Shown here one piece after another: positions 12,969 through 25,690 of a DNA stretch of 64,000 nucleotides. Source of the DNA: Octopus sinensis. Its lineage: Eukaryota. Numbering within the stretch: position 1 is the first letter of the stretch; each line of letters starts with the position of its first letter. A model generated the notes under the pieces. The model had not been told where the DNA came from. It ran no database searches and saw only the letters and a list, made by a program, of their open reading frames with translations. The translations under genes were made by a program, and so were the position numbers. The stretch is from the NCBI RefSeq assembly GCF_006345805.1, contig NC_043005.1:50964001-51028000 (forward strand), given 5' to 3'.

Positions 12969-13053
12969 CCCAGAGAGGAAGAGCTATATATAAAAATTAG
13001 AAATATTGCATTTCTAAATCTCTCAGAGAGATTTATGCAGTAGCAGCACGATG

Positions 13054-13263
13054 AAGTGATGGTTTGTTGCCAACTTAATATGGCAGTCCCAGGAAAGGGG
13101 GGAAATGCTACTGCTATTTAGCCCCAGGAAAAACTGTTTCCAGTTGGCCATCTGACACAAGCGTACTGTGTCCACGCTTGTGTCACCTGGCCAGGGGTAA
13201 ATAGCAGTAGCATCCTTCCCTTTCCTGGAACTGCCAGATTAAGTTGACAATAAACCATCACTT
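13054..13263. mobile_element. Foldback MITE (about 210 bp, almost fully palindromic)
   Basis: About 70 bp TIRs AAGTGATGGTTTGTTGCCAACTTAATATGGCAG / CTGCCAGATTAAGTTGACAATAAACCATCACTT, plus inner hairpin TGACACAAGCGT...ACGCTTGTGTCA. Confidence 0.85.
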
Positions 13264-13293
13264 TATATACATACATATATATATACATATATG

Positions 13294-13327
<34 letters not shown>

Positions 13328-13375
13328 CTATATATTTACTATAAGTATATATATACACGCTTGCATGTATATTGC

Positions 13376-13417
<42 letters not shown>

Positions 13418-13418
13418 A

Positions 13419-13484
<66 letters not shown>

Positions 13485-13604
13485 ATATATTTACTATAAG
13501 TATATATATACACGCTTGCATGTATATTGCATATATATATATATATATATATATGCAGATATATATACATATTCTTTCATAAATTTCAGGCCTAAGGCTG
13601 TGAT

Positions 13605-13643
<39 letters not shown>

Positions 13644-14296
13644 TTCCTCCATACATTTCAGCCCTAAGGCTGTGATATATATATATATATATATATAACG
13701 CAAGAGAGTGATCGAGTGAGAGAGAGAGGGGGGAGAGATAGTAGTCTTAAATCTTGATAGCATCCAATACATCCACCAAGATATTATTAAAGATATATCG
13801 ACGAACACATGAAACAATAATTGACTATAAAATCTGTTCAGAATAAATAGCAGTATATCGGACTTAATTTCCAAATCTATATTTAGACCTAAATATCCTT
13901 GCCTAATGCCGTGTGACCTAAAGATTTTTACTTGACCTTGCTTATCCAAAATAAGTGATATCAATAGACTCTGGAACTCGTTCGGCAACTCTTTTGTTGA
14001 AATAAACAAAACAGTGAGTCCTAGATTGTTTATCTCCATTGTTTATAAAGATGTAAGGGGAGGTAATAACACGAATCGAAAAAACATCCCAGACTGTTGA
14101 GGTCGATGCGGTCGATCGATGTTCAGTTTGATATCTTTCTCCTTCTTCATCTTCGACAAATCGACGTTTGGGGAAAATAAATGGGGTGAAATTGATGGAG
14201 TTCCAGAGGATCGAAGTTCCGAGATAGACTGAAAGAGGAAGAAGTGGAAAAAGTAGGAGAGTGACACTGTAAGCATGTACGAAATGCTTGGGTGGT

Positions 14297-14681
14297 TGAA
14301 GCACTCCGTCGGTTACGACGATGAGGGTTCCGGTTGATCCGAATCAACGGAACAGCCTGCTCGTGAAATTAACGTGTAAGTGGCTGAGCACTCCACAGAC
14401 ACGTGTACCCTTAACGTAGTTCTCGGGGATATTCAGCGTGACACAGAGAGTGACAAGACCGGCCCCTTGAAATACAGGTACAACAGAAACAGGAAGTAAG
14501 AGTGAGAGAAAGTTGTGGTGAAAGAGTACAGCAGGGATCACCACCATCCCCTGCCGGAGCCTCGTGGAGCTTTTAGGTGTTTTCGCTCAATAAACACTCA
14601 CAACGCCCGGTCTGGGAATCGAAACCGCGATCCTATGACCGCGAGTCCGCTGCCCTAACCACTGGGCCATTGCGCCTCCAC
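14297..14681 (-). mobile_element. Full-length tRNA-derived SINE (family B) with 9 bp TSD
   Basis: Head GTGGAGGCGCAATGGCCCAGTGG...GGTTTCGATTCCC; TTGGGTGGT duplicated at 14288-14296 and 14682-14690. Confidence 0.9.
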
Positions 14682-15121
14682 TTGGGTGGTACATGTTATG
14701 GGTTAGTGATGGACTGGTTATACAATCGTCAAGTAAGTTGACAGCAAAATAAAACGATGACTATGCTTATGGATATATAACAGAGAGGAAACATAGTGCT
14801 TATCCACCACAAAGTCTAATCCTCCTTATGACAGTGTGGTGGCTTGCGAGCCGCAATTGCTTTCAGAGCTATACCAGCGGAACTCAAAATTCTGATAGGA
14901 TCTCTCATACCGGACAGGTCAATGGCTTGAGACCAGACTAACATGGTCCACTTTTCCCCAGAGGTAATAATAGGCTTGGGTAAAGCCAACACTATTACCT
15001 AAAAAAAAAGCAAAGTTTAAAAAGATCATCGGCTAGAATTTAAAACCAACAAGACCTGGGAGAGGAAGGTTTCGGCATGGGGATCACCGAAGGAAGGCTT
15101 TCCCTCAAGGACTCCCATACT

Positions 15122-15240
15122 GCTTGCGACCATATCGCTTTGAATGCATCGGTTCTCGTCTGATCACCGAAGTTAAACAACCTGGAGCTTAGTTAATACT
15201 TAGATGGGTGGCCGCTTGAGATACCTAAGTGCTGTAAGTT
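15122..15240 (+). pseudogene. 5S rRNA pseudogene (full length, 119 nt)
   Basis: GCTTGCGACCATATC...GGTTCTCGTCTGATCACCGAAGTTAAAC...GTTAATACTTAGATGGGTGGCCGC...GCTGTAAGTT; helix I largely intact, many substitutions, no T4 terminator. Confidence 0.85.
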
Positions 15241-15249
15241 ATCACACTA

Positions 15250-15430
15250 GTGGGGGTGCGTGGCTTAGTGATCATAAGATTGTGGTTTCTATTCCGGGAC
15301 CGGACGACGCGTTGTGTTCTTGAGCAAAACACTTCATTTCATGTTGACCCAGTCCATTCAACTAGCAAAAATGAGTAATCCCGCGACGGACTGACGTCCC
15401 ATCCCGGTAGAGAATTTATACGACATGGAA
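15250..15430 (+). mobile_element. tRNA-derived SINE with deleted head segment
   Basis: GTGGGGGTGCGTGGCTTAGTG...TTCTTGAGCAAAACACTTCATTTC core shared with other SINEs in the window. Confidence 0.55.
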
Positions 15431-15456
15431 ACCGGGAGTCGGCGTGACTAGAGGTA

Positions 15457-15624
15457 AATTTGTTTTACTACCAAACTGAAGGAGTGGCCTTGATGACAGC
15501 GACAGCCCAAAGTCGAGAACAGTGGAGAAAAAATCGTCGACAGCCTGTACTACAAAGGGAGCGAAGAGCTTAAGTAATATAGAACTAATAGTTGTAGCTG
15601 TTATTGTTGAGCCTCCAACCCATT
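15457..15624 (+). mobile_element. RTE-like LINE 3' tip plus flank (arm 1 of an inverted pair)
   Basis: ALMTATAQSREQWRK..VDSLYYKGSEELK*; reverse complement of 16705-16865. Confidence 0.55.
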
Positions 15625-15830
15625 CTGGATTAAACAGACTTATCTTGAAAGACATTTCCAGTCGTAACTTTACCGTCTTTTTTTCAATCTCCCCCAACAG
15701 GACGTCATTGTCCAACGTAGCCTTCATTTCTTTAAAGATGGTAAGATGTCCTTAGATGGATACTGTGTTAGATGTTATTTGTAGCAGGCCTAATGATAAC
15801 CTAGAGGCTAATTCCCTTGTTTGTAGCAGC

Positions 15831-15918
<88 letters not shown>

Positions 15919-16704
15919 TAGTAGTAGTAGTAGTAGTAGTAGTATAGTAGTAGTAGTAGTATAGTAGTAGTAGTAGTAGGTGTGGGCTCAAGTTGATTCT
16001 GATCCAACAGATCTATAATGAAAGCTATTTCAACGATGACGGTTTTTTCATTATATGCAGAACCACTTTAACGAACACTCCAATTTCATTTAAATGCCAG
16101 GGTGTGATTTGAAGGACCATTCAACTCCTTTCTTTCTCAAGTTCAGCAACCACAAAAAAGCTCACTTGTTGGTCTTTTTAGTAGTTGTAATTTTGGGGTT
16201 TAGTGATTAAAAGTTAACCAGTTTGTCGAACGGTCTTTGAGTTTTAGGAATACATATATTTGAGAATGTTCCTTCGTGAGTATCAACAATGCTGTCTCGG
16301 ATATATGAGCAGTACACTCATATGGATCGCACTTGGGTCAATAACAGCTCAAAGCTGAAATCTTTTCTGGCCTCCAGGGAAAACAACTCACTTAGGGATG
16401 TGGGTTTTTGTTTGTTTGCCTTGATTCCATAGGTCAGAGGCTGCCACCACAGAAGGTCATCATAAGTAATTCTCAAGCCAGTTACTGTTATTGTTGCTGT
16501 CATCGTCGTTGTTGTTTAGTGAGATGCAGGAAATGCTCAGTATAGGTCCTTGACTCAAACTCATTCACAGTAAAAGTGAGGGATGTAAAGTAGAGATCTC
16601 TAATAAAGACTGAACGCTTGGCATCAGAAAGGGAAGGTCTGGGCTAGAGTCACTATGGCATATGGAGAATGAAAGGTGAAGTTGTAAGTATGTAAGCACA
16701 CACA

Positions 16705-16865
16705 AATGGGTTGGAGGCTCAACAATAACAGCTAAATCTATTAGCTCTATATTACTTAAGCTCTTCGCTCCCTTTGGAGTACAGGCTGACGACGATTTTT
16801 CTCCACTGTTCTCGACTTTGGGCTGTCATCAAGGCCACTCCTTCAGTTTGGTAGTAAAACAAATT
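16705..16865 (-). mobile_element. RTE-like LINE 3' tip plus flank (arm 2 of an inverted pair)
   Basis: Near-identical inverted copy of 15457-15624, lacking one GACAGC hexamer. Confidence 0.55.
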
Positions 16866-17973
16866 CACTTGTTTAACTCCAAGCCAACTCAGATCGAGTT
16901 AAAAGTATTCCAGCCATAAGAAATTCTGTATCTTAGAGGTTTCTAACACTATACTGCCTAATATTATCCTTCTTGTTTTTAAGACAGTGAATTGTGATTC
17001 CGAAGATTTGGTTGCCTTTTATATCTAGAAAGACAAACAACCATAAGAGGCTCCACCGTTGATTTCCAGTGCATGATCATTGGCAATCATGAAAACTATT
17101 ATGTTGAGAGGGTGGTGATGACTTTGTTGTCGTTTATTACCAGGCTCACCAGTGGCGGATCGTATAAGGTGTTCTTATATTGCTGTAAATCCTTCAATTT
17201 ACTCAATACGATCATACCATCCATAATGTTTGAGAGAGCAGTCAGCCAGCAGCCTGTGTCCGCGATGGTCCTGTTGTAATCGTGAAAACCTTTTTTTAGA
17301 CATTGTCCATCTACGACCACATTATCTATTATGGCCTCCCTTTCTTTTAAGTGTATGATTTGAGGGAGATTTTTCGCCTCATGCTTTTGATGTTGCTATT
17401 TAACCTCTGATCAACCCTGATCGAGCAAATGTGTAACAAAAAAGAAAGCATTATATCGATGGCATGTTTTGCTTGCTCTTTTTTATCTTCGGATATAATT
17501 AATGTAGTCTACACATTCTTTTAAACGCTAGCAGGTATGATTTAGTGGAGGTTTGGTCGCTATTTCTCAACATCGTTGAGCAATTCATATTTGAATAGGT
17601 ATATTGCTCCATTATTTCACATTATTAGATTATTGGAAAAGTCTTGGCAAAGTCTATTGTTTTATCCCAACGGAGTAAGTGACTCAGGAATCTTTGTTAC
17701 TTGAGTTCAAACCCTGTCAGGATCGATAAAATAACAACTAATTAAGTACTGAAATCGATGTAGTCAATTATATCCTACCCAAGGTGGTGGAGTCACAGAA
17801 TCATTAGAAAATCAGACAGATATTCTGTAGTAATTATTTTAGATTTTTGCTGTTCTGATTTGAAATCCCGTCGAGGCCAATTTTACATTGCACTCTTCCG
17901 GGGCCGAAGAATAAAGCACTGAATTTCATTGTTCTCTCTTTCTCCTCCTCTCCCCCCTCTCTCTATATATCTG

Positions 17974-18050
<77 letters not shown>

Positions 18051-19174
18051 CTCTTTCTCTCTATCTCTCTATCTCTCTCTTCCTCTCTCTCAGTTCAAAT
18101 CCCGCAGATGGTAACTTTGCCTCTCCTTCTTCCTGAGTCGACAAAGTAAAGTACCAGCCAAATAGTGATGTTGCTAAAATTGACTGTTCCTTCCCACTAA
18201 ATATCAGACTTTGTGCCGATGTTGGAAGCTCTTACGATATTACCACACAATGCTGAATCGGCAGGATCAGTAGAACGGCGACCAAAACGATCTCTTGTGG
18301 TATTTAACTACCGTCCTTTACGTTTCAACGTTCGAATCTCACTGAAGACGACTTTATCCTATTTATCTCTACATTCCACTATATTTTTTGCCTCCAAAAT
18401 ATTAAGGCAGCCTGAGCAAGAATCTAGCAACTCCTCATTTGGCACTTACAAAAACCGTCCAATGAAACGAGACAACATGGCGGGTGTGGACAAGCGGATG
18501 TGCTCTACGACACAGAACTGTATTCATAAATATCCGTCTTCTCAAATTCGCGCTGGTTTCGTGCCAATGTTGAAAATCATTATTGTTATTGCTACAAGAA
18601 CGGTGAGTGGTAAAATCAATAGAGTGGTCTGAATTCAAATCCAGCAAAGATCGATTTTGCTTTCCTTCTTTCTGGGGGTCGATACTAATAAATCCAAGTG
18701 AAATACTGGGGTTGAATAAATCGACAATAATCAACAACATACACAAAATAAACAAATGAATAAATAAGTAAATAATGCGTGGAATTATGATAACATCGGA
18801 AATCATCCTTCTGATATTTGATCACTCTTCTTCACGTTCAAATCCCGCCTTGATCAAGTTTATCGTTTTCATCCCTCTCGAGTTCGATAAAAAATAAAGT
18901 ATTAGTCAAACACGTGAGTTGATATAAGCGAATGGTCCGTCCAACTGAATTTCTGGCCTTATGCCTATGTAAGAAATTGTACCATGAAATTGTTACAGAA
19001 ATTGTTATATTGCTACAAGGATGATCGATCGAAGAATCTACAGAATGTCCGGTTAAGTTTGTTGCCGCGTTTAATTACTGCACTTTACATTTTCAGCCCA
19101 GGTACTGCCGAAGACGAATTTGTCTTTTTTTATTTTCCTGAGATAGACAAATTAAAGTACTTGCCATTATTGTA

Positions 19175-20130
19175 AGGCGGCAAGCTGGCAGAATTGTTAG
19201 CACGCCTGGCAAAGTGTCACAGCGGCATTTCGCCCGTCTTGACATTCTGAGTTCAAATGCCGTCAAGGTCGACTTTCATCCTTTCAGGGGCGATAAATTA
19301 AGTGCCAGTTGAGCACTGGGGTCGATGTAATCGACTGATCCCATCACCCCGCCCCACATTTGTTGGCCTTGTGCGAAAATTTGAAATTATTATTAAGTTA
19401 TTGTACCGCGGTGAGCTGGCAGAATCGTTAGCACACCAGACAATAATGCTTAGCGGCATTTCGTTGTCTTTACGTACCGAGTTCAAATCCCACCGAGGTT
19501 GACTTGCCTTTCATCTTTTCGGGGTCAACAAAATAAGTACTAGTTGAGTACTGAGGTCGACGTATTCGACTATCCCCTCCCTCAGATTTCGGGTCTTGTG
19601 CCTATAGTAGAAAGGATTAAGTTATTGTACTGCAGTGAGCTAGCAGAATCGTTAGCACATTGGGCAAAATGCTTAGCGGCATTTCGTCGTCTTTACGTTC
19701 TGAGTCCAAATTCCTCCGAGGTCGACTTTGCCTTTCATCCTATCAGGGTCGATAAATTAGGTACCAGTTGCGTACCAGTACACAACTGGTACTTAATCGA
19801 CTGGCCCCCTTCCCCAAAATTTCGGTCCTTGTGCCTAGAGTAGAAAAGAAATTCCGCTGAGATTGATATGCCTTTCATCTTTTCGCTGTACCAGCTGTGC
19901 ACTGGGGTCGATGTAATCGACTCATCTCCTCTCCCTAAATTGCTGGCCTTGTACCAGTATTTGAAACCATTATTGTTAAATTATTGTAGGGTAGTGTGCT
20001 GGTAGACTCGTTAGCATTTACACTCTGAGTTCAAATCCCGCCGAGGTCATCTTTGTCGTTTATCGTTTCAGAGTCGACAAAATGAGTACCAGTTGAATAT
20101 TGGTATCGATATTATCGACTAACTCGCCCT
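19175..20130 (+). mobile_element. Head-to-tail cluster of about 5 family A SINEs
   Basis: Repeated GGTGAGCTGGCAGAATCGTTAGCAC heads and GGTCGACTTTGCCTTTCATCC cores at about 19175, 19405, 19630, 19860 and 19985. Confidence 0.85.
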
Positions 20131-20465
20131 TGCCTCCTTCATGGGAGAAGACGGTGGTCTAAACGCTGAAGGTAGCAAGGACTCATATTTCTGCTAGCGA
20201 TATAAACGAGGGTGCATTTTGCACTACAACCCCAATGCGAGAGTTTCTCTCGTAGTTACAGCCGAAGTAAAGTTTGCTCAAATAGACCATCCACGTTTAA
20301 GCGGGATAAATATTACCTCTCCGTATTAATACTGCGTCTGTCATGCATACATAATACATACATACATACATACATACATACATACATACATACATACTAC
20401 ATACATACATACATACATACATACGTACGTACATACATACATATATGTATATATATATATATAAT

Positions 20466-20522
<57 letters not shown>

Positions 20523-20603
20523 ATATCATTCATGAATTCTTACGGTAAAAACACATATATTGATAGAGAATTAAATCGGAATCTGCCGAAGTCGAGCCAG
20601 TCC

Positions 20604-20648
20604 TTACTGATGAGGCAAAGGCAACTGCCGAAACTGACGTCAGTATAA
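20604..20648 (+). ncRNA. Minimal type I hammerhead ribozyme
   Basis: TTA CTGATGA GGCA aaggcaac TGCC GAAA CTGACGTCAG TA TAA: perfect core, 4 bp stem II, palindromic stem III, GUA triplet (cut after 20645), 3 bp stem I. Confidence 0.85.
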
Positions 20649-21480
20649 CGAATTCTCGATCAGTTTTTTTTTTTGACGATTATAGTCTCTATCAGTATAA
20701 CTGTATACAGTTATGTGCATTGACTACGGCGTTAGAGCCTTTTAGCTCTTATTTCTAGCAATGTTGGTGTTTCTAACACCCTAGTCGTATTTAAAGACAA
20801 TTATTGGTTCTCCATTTTGGTAAAAATTGCATACTGCTGTGTATATGTGTGTGTGCATAAGTTGCTGGTGTTAATATAATAAACGTGCTGGTGTTTAATT
20901 CTCATTCAACACTACACGTACAGAAGCATAATCAGTTCTAATTTGACTTTCGCTTTTCAGTTGAATTTATTTGATCCCAGTACTTATTTTTTTCAAGCCT
21001 AGTACTTATTCTAACTTGCTCTTTTTTACCGAACCGCTAAGTTGCGGTGACGTAAACATACAAACACTGGTTGCCAATTGGTAGCGAGGGTCAAACACAG
21101 AGACAAAGACACGCACGTGCACACACACACTCACACATCGATATATATGTATATAGACTATCGGAAGAAAATGAGTACTCAATACCGTAGAGATTAGGGT
21201 TATTCGATTTTAGTCAAGTCAGTCTCTAGCTAATCTAAGTGAAACCTGCGGGTACACAGGATCTTCAGGCAATTTACGATTGAAATCTGAAAGGATTAGC
21301 ACATCTGACTATCTATCTTTCTATCTATCTAGCTCTATCTCTCCCTACCTCTCGCTCTCACTGTCTCTCACTATATATATATATATATATATAAACACAT
21401 ATACACATATACATATATATATGTATGTGTGTGTGTGTGTATGGATGGATAGATAGATAGATAGATAGATATATATATAT

Positions 21481-21515
<35 letters not shown>

Positions 21516-21516
21516 T

Positions 21517-21555
<39 letters not shown>

Positions 21556-21556
21556 T

Positions 21557-21596
<40 letters not shown>

Positions 21597-21954
21597 GTAG
21601 GTAGATAGATAGATAGTTAGATAGATAGATGCATACATACATACATACGTACATACATACATCTATAGGAAGAAAAAGAAAAAGAACTAGAAGAAAAAGG
21701 AATAGTAGAAAAGAAAAAAGAGAAAGGAGAGAAAATATAGAAGAAAAAAGAAATATGTACATACATACACACAAATATATATGTGTGTGTGTGTGTGTGC
21801 GTGTGTGTGTGTGTGTATGATGTATATATGTATATGTGTGTGACTGTGTTTACGTACACAAATATGGGAGCTGAGCTGTATGAATATATGTATGCTGATA
21901 GTATAATATAGTTCGTTATATATATACGTGCACATATGATATACGTACATACAC

Positions 21955-22079
<125 letters not shown>

Positions 22080-22450
22080 GTATGTATATACATCTTTCTA
22101 TGTATATATATCTTTATAAATATATATATATTTGCATATATATCTTTGTGTGTGTGTATATATATATATACATGCACTGATAGGCATACACCATACATAC
22201 ATACATACATAGGTTACTTAACAGTCTACAGTCGACCATTCACTATGTTTCTACAAACAAACCGAATCGAAGACGAACTGAAAAGCATCCAGTAATTGCT
22301 GTCATCTTATTATTCAACTGCTTTCTAATTCTTGTCAATATTTGAACGACTTTCTGAGACTGGGAATAAATAATATGTATGTATGTAGTATGTATGTATG
22401 TATGTAATGTATGTATGTATTGTATGTATGTATGTATGTATGTATGTATG

Positions 22451-22530
<80 letters not shown>

Positions 22531-22558
22531 TAGATAGATAGATAGATTGATAGATGGG

Positions 22559-22591
<33 letters not shown>

Positions 22592-22592
22592 G

Positions 22593-22647
<55 letters not shown>

Positions 22648-22684
22648 GGATGGATAGATAGATAGATAGATGGATAGATAGATG

Positions 22685-22781
<97 letters not shown>

Positions 22782-23479
22782 AGATATATAAGGACAAGAA
22801 AGATCACAAATAACTAGCATATTATAATGCGAAGATTAACTTTCTTCTCCTTCTTTTCTACTACTACTACTACTACTTTATATATGCATATGTATATACA
22901 TATATAAAGGAGTAGTAGTAGTAGTAGTAGTAGTAGCAGCAGCAGAAGAAGAAGAAGAAGAAGAAGAAGAAGAAGAAGAAGAAGAAGAAGAAGAAGAAGA
23001 AGAAGAAGAAGAAGAAGAAATTTAATGTTGGTATTACAATATGCTTATGATGGTCGTTTTCGTCGTTGCTTTGTCATTTTATATGTTTATTTATTCTGTT
23101 GTGCGTGTATGTGTGATGTATGTATGTGTGTGGTGTGTGTGTGTGTGTGTGTGTGTGCGTGTGTGTGTGTGCCTGTGTGTGTGTGTTTGTGTGTGTGTGC
23201 CTCTGTATGAGTGTGTGTGTGTGCCTCTGTGTGAGTGTGTGTGTGTGTTTGTGTATTTATGACAGTGCGTTTGTGAGTTTGAGTTAGCTTTAACAAAAGC
23301 GGTGCTAGTCAGTACCCTCTGTCACTTTTATAACCTCTATTAATTTTGACTTTATTTATGTCTGATTGCTAATAAGCCACTCTTTGTAAAATTACTTTAT
23401 TCCACAAGGGAAAATAGATGTGGCAGAATGAATGTGTGTGTGAATAGTTATTTGTATATGTACACTGTTAAAGTTCGTT

Positions 23480-23860
23480 AAGTTTTGATTTATACTTTTT
23501 TATGAAAGTATTTTCATTGTTTATCCGTGCTTCATCTGCGATATTCACTGAACATAGTTAGAAGGAGAAGACTTGGGATTTAGGGGACTTTTGGGCATAT
23601 ATCTCCATGTAACGATTTAGTGGAATCTGTCTACTAGTAGGATCTCGTATTTGCTGTCGGTGAATGGTGAGTCTATTTCTAAGAGTAAGTTTTGTTTCAC
23701 CTGTGTAGTCTTCATTACGTTCTTGACATTTGTTAGCATATATTAAATCCCTTGAAAATGATTTAAAATGATTTTTTTTACGGTAAAATTCCTGATTTGA
23801 ATTTGCATGTTGTATCTTCAATAAGGTTGATGCAGGTCCCTCAATTGGGGCAGCCACATT
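23480..23860 (-). mobile_element. Penelope-like element GIY-YIG endonuclease remnant
   Basis: ORF 23558-23857: RDLIYANKCQERNEDYTGETKLTLRNRLTIHRQQIRDP..RQIPL matches the PLE NxIYxxxC..C...YIGET..LRxR...H pattern. Confidence 0.8.
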
Positions 23861-24145
23861 TTTTTACTGTTAGTGTAGGAATTGTGGAAGGTAATTAAGC
23901 ACTTGTGAAGAATTTTTTAGGGACACCCCTCCCCACACACACACAGATATATATATAATATATATATAATATATATATATATATATTTGGATAGATAGAT
24001 CCACACAGGTATCTATCTATATATGTGTGTGTGTATAAACGTATATGCAAATATATATATATATATATTATATATATATATATATATATATTTCAACATG
24101 CATGAACACATTGATATAAGTGAATATTTGTATACGTAATACATG

Positions 24146-24195
<50 letters not shown>

Positions 24196-24246
24196 ATATT
24201 CCTCAAATAATTATTATATATATATATATATTTATATATACATATA

Positions 24247-24277
<31 letters not shown>

Positions 24278-24351
24278 ATGTATGTATGTATGTATGTATG
24301 TATGTAGTATGTATGTATGTATGTATGCATGTATGTATATATACACATACA

Positions 24352-24835
24352 ACCGTTGTTGGTGTCTTTGTGTCCGGCAAAAGAGACTATAAATTAAGTA
24401 GCAGGCTTAAAACAGAAGTACTGAGATCGATTCATTCGACCAAAAATTGAAGGTAGTGCCCCAGCATGTCAGCAGTCAGGTGACTGAAACATGTGAAAGA
24501 TGAAAGGTATTATATATATGTGTGTGGCAGTGTGTTAAGAAGCTTGCTTCCCCAAAACATAGTTTCTGGTTCAGTCCCACTTCGTGGCACTTTGAGCAAG
24601 TGTCTTCCTTGGGAGTGGATTTGGTAGACGTACGTATATATCTGTGTATGTGTGTCTTTGTGTCTGTGTTTGACAACCGATATTGGTGTGTTTAAGTCAC
24701 CGTAAGCTAACGGCTCGGTAAAAGAGACCGATAAAATATATTCTGGGGTTTAAAAAATATACCCTGAGGTCGATAAATCTCTTCAATGTGGTGCTCCATC
24801 ATGGCCGCACTCAAATGACTGAAACAAGTAAACGA
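24352..24835 (+). mobile_element. tRNA-derived SINE family D (tail fragment plus full copy)
   Basis: GTGGCAGTGTGTTAAGAAGCTTGCTTCCC...GGTTCAGTCCCAC head; tail GGTGCTCCATCATGGCCGCACTCAAATGACTGAAACAAGTAAA. Confidence 0.7.
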
Positions 24836-24846
24836 ATAATATATAT

Positions 24847-25690
24847 AATAAACTGTCGTCTAAATTGCACAAAAATGAAAATAACACTGACATCTCATTT
24901 TAACAGGAATGTTTACCAAAATTACTTAAGATATCTTGAAATACTAGAGAGTAAATTTATTCAATTAAATCGCCATTGGCTTCAACCACGGCCTCCAGAC
25001 GTCTTCGGAATCTCCTGCAATTCTTCTGGACGGTTTAAGTTGGTGAATGCTGCCATAATCCTTGGCTTCAGTTCATCTTTGGTGTTACAAGATTTGTTGG
25101 TCTCTCGCTCAACTGCGCTCCACACATAATAATCAAGAGAGTTGCAATCTGGGGAATTAGGTGGCCAGATGTTAGGGGTGATGTGGTCGCAGAAATTATC
25201 TGACAACCACGACTGGGTTCTCCTGCTTGTGTGGCATAGTGCAGAGTCCTGTTGCCAGACATAGGGTCTTCCAGCAGCCACCCTCTTGACCCAGGGCAGC
25301 ACTAGGCCTCCCTGCTGAGTCTGAGACCGTGTAGGAAGATGAATAGAGGCATAATGTTACCATCACTAGTGATCACTCCAAACACCATGATGTTGACTGG
25401 GTGTTTAAATGTTATCACTCTCGGCACATGTCCTAAGATTGCACTGTCTTCAGATTGACACCCAAACACTTTGAAATGTTCGTATTCGAGCTTCCGGCGC
25501 GAATGCCAAGCAGTACAGCATGTCGTTTTCAAACTTCTGGCAGAGTGAATTGCGTCATTGTGCTGTTTTTTCTCACGGACGGTGCCCAACTGACCCTACT
25601 ATACTGTGTAGTCGACAAAATCAAAAATAAACAATGCGCATGCGCTAAATTAAAAATATAAAATGGCAACAATTTATCCATCTCGCTCTG
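24847..25690 (-). mobile_element. Internally deleted maT/DD37D transposon, second copy
   Basis: Inverted homolog of 268-1124; YVWQQDSALCHTS...WPPNSPDCNSLDYY gives 37 residues between the last two Asp; TIR ends at 25690 followed by TA. Confidence 0.85.

Noticed and set aside
18400-18602. Open frame ending at a strong ACG|GTGAGT donor
   Set aside because: No matching acceptor or recognisable product; a donor hexamer alone is expected by chance.
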